NCBI GenBank assembly: GCA_028700115.1
Contig: JAQVTI010000006.1
Span: 1 to 32,000 of the forward strand
DNA from: Candidatus Iainarchaeum sp.
Lineage (GTDB): Archaea; Iainarchaeota; Iainarchaeia; Iainarchaeales; CSSED10-239
Length of the DNA stretch: 32,000 nucleotides
Direction of reading: 5' to 3'
Both the position numbers and the translations under genes were made by a program. This document shows, piece after piece, positions 27,376-32,000 of this stretch; position 1 is the stretch's first letter, and each line of letters starts with the position of its first letter. The notes beneath the pieces were generated by a model. That model was given only the letters and a program-made list of their open reading frames with translations. It had not been told where the DNA came from and made no database searches.

Positions 27376-29310
27376 ATGACTGAAAATAAAGATAAACCTT
27401 TTTTAAGTAATTATAAATTATGGATATTATTAATTTTAATTTTTGTTCTAGCTTTTGCAATAAGAGGGCATTTATTAAAATATGATTATATGTTTGAGTT
27501 TGATACCTATTGGCATCTAAGAGCTACAGGATATATAGTTCAAGGTGATTTACCAGATGTTGATCCTTTAGGTTTTTATAAACAAGAATCTTCTGCATAT
27601 ACTAGAAGACCTCAATTTTTATGGTATTTTACTGCTGCTCTTTATGCTTTATTTACATTAGGTGCATCCTATGATAAATGGCTTTTAATGAGTTTTGCTA
27701 GGCTTTTACCTGCAATTTTTGGTGCATTAATTTCTTTTTCAATGTATTTTTTAGGAAAAGAAATATATAATCGAAAAGCTGGTTTTGTAATGGGGGTTAT
27801 TTCTGCAACAATTCCTGCATTTGTATATAGAACAATGGCTGGTTTTTTTGAAGAAGATGCACTTGGTTTTTTATGGTTAGTTTGGGGTTTTATTTTTTTA
27901 GTTAAAGCTTTGAAAAATATGCATTCTACAAAAAAACATTTAACAAATGGTTTAATCTCTGCTGTATTTTTTGCACTTATGTCTTTTACATGGGATATGT
28001 TTATTTTAATTCCATTAGTTTTAGTTTTTTATTTTATTGCAAATACAATATATATGGCTTATAAAAATTCTAGTAATTCTGAGATTGCTTCTTTTGTGAA
28101 GATTTTTTTAATTATTTTTATTGTTTTTTTCTCACTTGCTTCTCTTTATCAAGGAACTGGTTGGGTAAAAAAAACTACAAATTATGTTACTGATTATCTT
28201 CCAGTTTCTTCAGAAAATATAGATAGAATAAATAAACAAACTATTAATTCTTCAGATGTTGTTGGAGCAACTGTTGGTGAAGAAAATACAGGTAAACAAT
28301 TTTTTTTACTTAAGTATAATTTTTCTGTATGGATTCCTTTTGTGGTTTTAGTTTTAATGATTTTTTATTTATTATTTAATCCTAAAAAAGATTATTTTAC
28401 ATTATTATTATTCTTTTGGATTGCAATAACTTTATTTATGGCATGGTCTAAATTAAAATTTACATATACTTTAGGTATTCCAATTGCTGCTGCTACTGGA
28501 TTTTTATATTATTTTTTAGAAAATTATGTTATTAAAAAAAATTCTATTTTATTAAAAAGAATTTTTGTAATATTTATTAGTATAATTATCCTTTCTTCAA
28601 TTGCTGCAGGATCACATTTTGTATCTACAAAAGTTCCTCATATAACTACCGAAAATGATTGGAGAAATTCATTATTTTGGATAAACGAAAATACTTCTCA
28701 AGATGCTAAATTTTTAAATTGGTGGGATTATGGTCATTGGTTAACTTATTTTGGAGAAAGAAAAGCAAGTACTGATAATACAAATTCTTCTATTGAAGGG
28801 GATTCTGATTTTGCAATGCTTACAATTACTACTGATAATAATACAATTAAACATATTTTAACAGAGTATGATGCAGAATATTATATTGCAGATAATTCTT
28901 ATTTTTCTAGATTTTATTCTTTTGGAATGTATGCTTATATTACTACAAATTATCAAGATCCAAGAATTTCTAAATATTTAACTTATTCTTCAGATTGTCA
29001 AACAGGTTCTATTAATAATGAAATTGTATATAAATGTGGAGAGCAAATGATTAAAAAAGAGGAATATGATAAAATTTCTACAAAATGGACTGATAAGCCT
29101 ACAACTATAATGAATGGTGTTCCTGTTTATATCTATAGAGATCCTAACTTTTTAAAATTATATATTTTAAATTCTTCTGGAAATAATTCTTTTTTATCTA
29201 GATTATGGTTTGGAGAAAAAGAAATATCTAATCTTTTTTCTTTAGAACATCAAGAGGGAAAAGTAAGGGTTTATAAAATTAATAAAGAATATTTAGATAG
29301 TTTTAATTAA
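27376..29310 (+). CDS. aglB: Oligosaccharyltransferase AglB/STT3
   Basis: Multi-TM; FEFDTYWHLRATGYIVQGDLPDVD and the catalytic WWDYGHWLTYFGERKASTDN motif; 644 aa. Confidence 0.95.
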   Translation: MTENKDKPFLSNYKLWILLILIFVLAFAIRGHLLKYDYMFEFDTYWHLRATGYIVQGDLPDVDPLGFYKQESSAYTRRPQFLWYFTAALYALFTLGASYDKWLLMSFARLLPAIFGALISFSMYFLGKEIYNRKAGFVMGVISATIPAFVYRTMAGFFEEDALGFLWLVWGFIFLVKALKNMHSTKKHLTNGLISAVFFALMSFTWDMFILIPLVLVFYFIANTIYMAYKNSSNSEIASFVKIFLIIFIVFFSLASLYQGTGWVKKTTNYVTDYLPVSSENIDRINKQTINSSDVVGATVGEENTGKQFFLLKYNFSVWIPFVVLVLMIFYLLFNPKKDYFTLLLFFWIAITLFMAWSKLKFTYTLGIPIAAATGFLYYFLENYVIKKNSILLKRIFVIFISIIILSSIAAGSHFVSTKVPHITTENDWRNSLFWINENTSQDAKFLNWWDYGHWLTYFGERKASTDNTNSSIEGDSDFAMLTITTDNNTIKHILTEYDAEYYIADNSYFSRFYSFGMYAYITTNYQDPRISKYLTYSSDCQTGSINNEIVYKCGEQMIKKEEYDKISTKWTDKPTTIMNGVPVYIYRDPNFLKLYILNSSGNNSFLSRLWFGEKEISNLFSLEHQEGKVRVYKINKEYLDSFN

Positions 29311-29321
29311 AGTGATTTTTT

Positions 29322-30344
29322 ATGAATATATTATTTATTTTTTTGTTTTTTTTTATATTTTCTTTTTTATTTTCTTTGATTTTATCTAAATTTTTTACAA
29401 AAAAATTTATATATATTACAAAGAAAAACAATTTTTTAGGAAAAGACATGAATAAAATAAATAAACCTTTAGTGTCTGAACTTGGAGGAATACCTGTAAT
29501 TTTATCTTTTATAATTTCTTTAATTTTTTCTTTTTTATTTTATATAATTTTTTCTTTTGATATTTTTAATATTTATAATTTATTTATTTTGTTTTCTGTA
29601 TTTTTAATAATTATGTTAATTGCATTTTTAGGATTTATAGATGATACTTTAGGTTGGAAAAAAGGAATTTCCCAATTTCAACATTTTTTATACCCTATTA
29701 TTTTTTCTTTACCAATAATTTTATTAACTTTATTTTTTGGAAAAACTAGTTTTTATATTCCTTTATTTGGGAATTTATATATTGGTGTGTTATATTCTTT
29801 TTTACTTGTTCCAATTGCAATTACTGCAACGACAAATGCTTTTAATCTTCTAGCAGGATATAATGGTTTAGAAGCAGGTTTAGGAATTATAATTTTTTTT
29901 ACAATTTCTATATTTACTATATTTGAACAAAATTTTATTATTTTAATAATTCTTGCTTGTTGGGTGGGTGCTTTATTTGGGTTTTTACATTTTAATAAAT
30001 TTCCTTCAAGAATATTTCCTGGGGATATAATTACTTTAGTTAATGGTGTTTTAGCAGGTGTTTGTGCAATTATTTTAAATTTAGAAATTTTAATTGCTTT
30101 TTTAATAATTTTATTTATTATAGAATTTATTATTAAAGCAAAATATAAATTTAAAACAGAATGTTTTGGGATAATTTCTAAAAATGGGATTATTAAACCA
30201 AATCCAAAAAAAGGTTCTTTAATTCATTTTGTTTTATCTAAAGGTGTTTTTACTGAAAGGAAATTAGTTTATTTTTTTTATATTATTCAAATTTTAATTT
30301 CAGTTATTTCTTTAGTTTTATATTTTTTAATTTTTTATAATTAA
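29322..30344 (+). CDS. Polyprenyl-phosphate GlcNAc/HexNAc-1-phosphate transferase (GT4/DPAGT1-Alg7-AglH-like)
   Basis: KPLVSELGGIPVILSF, GFIDDTLGW, NAFNLLAGYNGLEAG, FPGDIITLVNGVLAG; multi-TM. Confidence 0.9.
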   Translation: MNILFIFLFFFIFSFLFSLILSKFFTKKFIYITKKNNFLGKDMNKINKPLVSELGGIPVILSFIISLIFSFLFYIIFSFDIFNIYNLFILFSVFLIIMLIAFLGFIDDTLGWKKGISQFQHFLYPIIFSLPIILLTLFFGKTSFYIPLFGNLYIGVLYSFLLVPIAITATTNAFNLLAGYNGLEAGLGIIIFFTISIFTIFEQNFIILIILACWVGALFGFLHFNKFPSRIFPGDIITLVNGVLAGVCAIILNLEILIAFLIILFIIEFIIKAKYKFKTECFGIISKNGIIKPNPKKGSLIHFVLSKGVFTERKLVYFFYIIQILISVISLVLYFLIFYN

Positions 30345-30359
30345 TTTTATCTAAAAAAT

Positions 30360-31448
30360 TTATTTATTAAAATAATTAGAAATTCTTTTTTGAAATAAAG
30401 CATTTTTTAAGATATTTGATTTTTCAAACCAAAAATTACTTTTATTTCTAATTTTATATATTTGGTCTAAATATGTTTTAAGTTCTTCTATATTTTTAAA
30501 AAATTCTGGTTTTTCTAAAAGAGCACATTTTATACTTTCTCTAATTACCCAAACTCCTTTAGATTCATATCCTTTTTCTATATCTCTTATAACTAAAACA
30601 CTTGCAGTTCTTTTTTCTTTTTCTAAATATTTATTTATTTCTAATCTTGTGGCATAATATGCTCCTGTTACATTATTTGCATATTCTTTTTTTGCAAAAT
30701 TTAATTCATAATCATTATTTATTATATCTTCTGTGCCTTCCATCATTTCAAAATTCCATTTAAAGGGCATAAATATAATATAAAATTTATTTTTATAAAA
30801 ATCAAATTTATATAATCTATATTCATTTATTGGATTATAATTTATAGTTTTTTCTAAAATATTTTTACTTAAAATATCATCTACTGCAGTTATTGCAAAT
30901 TTAGTAGGTACAAATATTTTTTGGTTATTTATTCCTAAAGATCCAGAAGATAGAATTTGTTGTATTTTATAAACATCTTCTTTTTTTTTAAATAAATATT
31001 TTATTGCTTCACTTGCCTTTATATCTCCTTGGGATGTTATTTTTTCAATATGGTTTGAGATTTTGATATTATTTATTATTTTAAATTTTTCAAAGTCATA
31101 AGCTATATTTGAAATACCTATTTCTTTTTCAATAATTAATTTTTTTTTAGATTGCATTTGCATTTCTATTTCAGCTACATTTTTTGCTTGTGTTAATAGT
31201 TTTAATTCTGTAATTTCTTTTGTATTTTTTATTGCATCTTTTTTATTTAACATTTTAAAACTAAATTGTTGATTTTTTCGATAGTTATCAATTTCTTTTT
31301 CATCTTTATATTTTATCCATTTTTTTGGATCTTGTTTTTTTGCATTTTCATAATCTTTATAAAAGCCAGGTCCAATTGAAATTTTTGGAAAGTTTTTAGA
31401 ACTTACAAATATAAAAGGTTTTGAAAATCCATTTTTTTCTTTAATCAT
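30360..31448 (-). CDS. nreA: Nre-family archaeal DNA repair protein (PCNA-interacting)
   Basis: FPKISIGPGF, SSGSLGINNQKIFVPTKFAITAVDDILS, GVWVIRESIKCALLEKPEFF; C-terminal QKRISNYF resembles a PIP box. Confidence 0.8.
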   Translation of the reverse strand: MIKEKNGFSKPFIFVSSKNFPKISIGPGFYKDYENAKKQDPKKWIKYKDEKEIDNYRKNQQFSFKMLNKKDAIKNTKEITELKLLTQAKNVAEIEMQMQSKKKLIIEKEIGISNIAYDFEKFKIINNIKISNHIEKITSQGDIKASEAIKYLFKKKEDVYKIQQILSSGSLGINNQKIFVPTKFAITAVDDILSKNILEKTINYNPINEYRLYKFDFYKNKFYIIFMPFKWNFEMMEGTEDIINNDYELNFAKKEYANNVTGAYYATRLEINKYLEKEKRTASVLVIRDIEKGYESKGVWVIRESIKCALLEKPEFFKNIEELKTYLDQIYKIRNKSNFWFEKSNILKNALFQKRISNYFNK

Positions 31449-31616
31449 GTTTTTTCTTTTTTTTTAAGATAGATTTAAAAATGATTTTAAGTATATATAT
31501 ATTATAATTATATCCTTTAATATATATTTTTATATTATTTATGACTTTGCTGTAAAAGTCAATAATTTTATATCAAACTATTATAAGGTTTGGGTATTAA
31601 AAAACAGGTGTGGGTT

Positions 31617-32000
31617 ATGTTTAAATTATTACGTTTATTTATTAATAAAGATTCATCTCCTAAAATATCTAGGAGAAATAATATTGCCATTTTTGTAGAT
31701 GGACCAAATATACTTAGAAAAGAATTTAATATTGATCTTTCTAAAATTAGAACTTATTTAAATAATCAAGGTTCTATAAAAATCGCAAAAGTATATTTAG
31801 ATCAATATGCTACAGATAAATTAATGGAAGCAGTAGTAAATTTAGGTTTTGAAACTGTGATTACTGTTGGAGATGTTGATGTTGCTATGGCAGTTGATGC
31901 AACTGATACAGTTTATAATAAAGAAATAGATACTATTGTTTTTGTTTCAAGAGATTCAGATTATTTACCTTCTATTTTAGTTGCAAAAAAACATGGTAAA
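31617..32000 (+). CDS. NYN-domain (LabA/DUF88-like) protein, 3' truncated by window edge
   Basis: ATG at 31617; MFKLLRLFINKDSSPKISRRNNIAIFVDGPNILRKEF...TDTIVFVSRDSDYLPSILVAKKHGK, NYN nuclease-like Asp motifs. Preceded by GGTG. Confidence 0.85.
   Translation, partial: MFKLLRLFINKDSSPKISRRNNIAIFVDGPNILRKEFNIDLSKIRTYLNNQGSIKIAKVYLDQYATDKLMEAVVNLGFETVITVGDVDVAMAVDATDTVYNKEIDTIVFVSRDSDYLPSILVAKKHGK

Noticed and set aside
1-32000. CRISPR array, toxin-antitoxin, restriction-modification or transposase cassette
   Set aside because: No regularly spaced repeats and no recognisable cas, TA, R-M or transposase proteins in any listed frame.

Overview
AT-rich archaeal genomic window with compact, mostly intron-free gene order, probably from a DPANN-type lineage (inference from gene content and composition). 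Core genes recognised by motif or family resemblance: aRF1 release factor, TruD/Pus7, Hel308-like helicase, FKBP-type PPIase, proteasome beta subunit, aCPSF1/FttA, Fap7/AK6-like kinase, Dph2, class I CCA-adding enzyme, tRNA-Ser(UGA), HerA-like ATPase, UppP, thioredoxin, AMP phosphorylase, the L21e-Rpb4-DUF655-KsgA operon, TBP, 5S rRNA, AglB, an Alg7/AglH-like GlcNAc-1-P transferase, an Nre-family repair protein and the start of a NYN-domain protein. The most notable accessory feature is at the left edge: the 3' part of a formylglycine-generating-enzyme/C-type-lectin-fold protein whose last ~95 nt look like a diversity-generating retroelement (DGR) variable region. They are locally adenine-poor and GC-rich and encode GGxWxxGxxAG...PS...IGFRC. 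An atypical-composition tail with a long hairpin and a small ORF follows. No reverse transcriptase or template repeat is visible in this window. Other signals: a ~76-81 bp near-identical dispersed repeat at 783-858 and 26930-27010, a small minus-strand frame next to the second copy that may be frameshifted, a candidate structured RNA or small ORF at ~14684-14870, and a C-terminally short DUF1846/UPF0371-like protein. All counts and alignments were made by eye.
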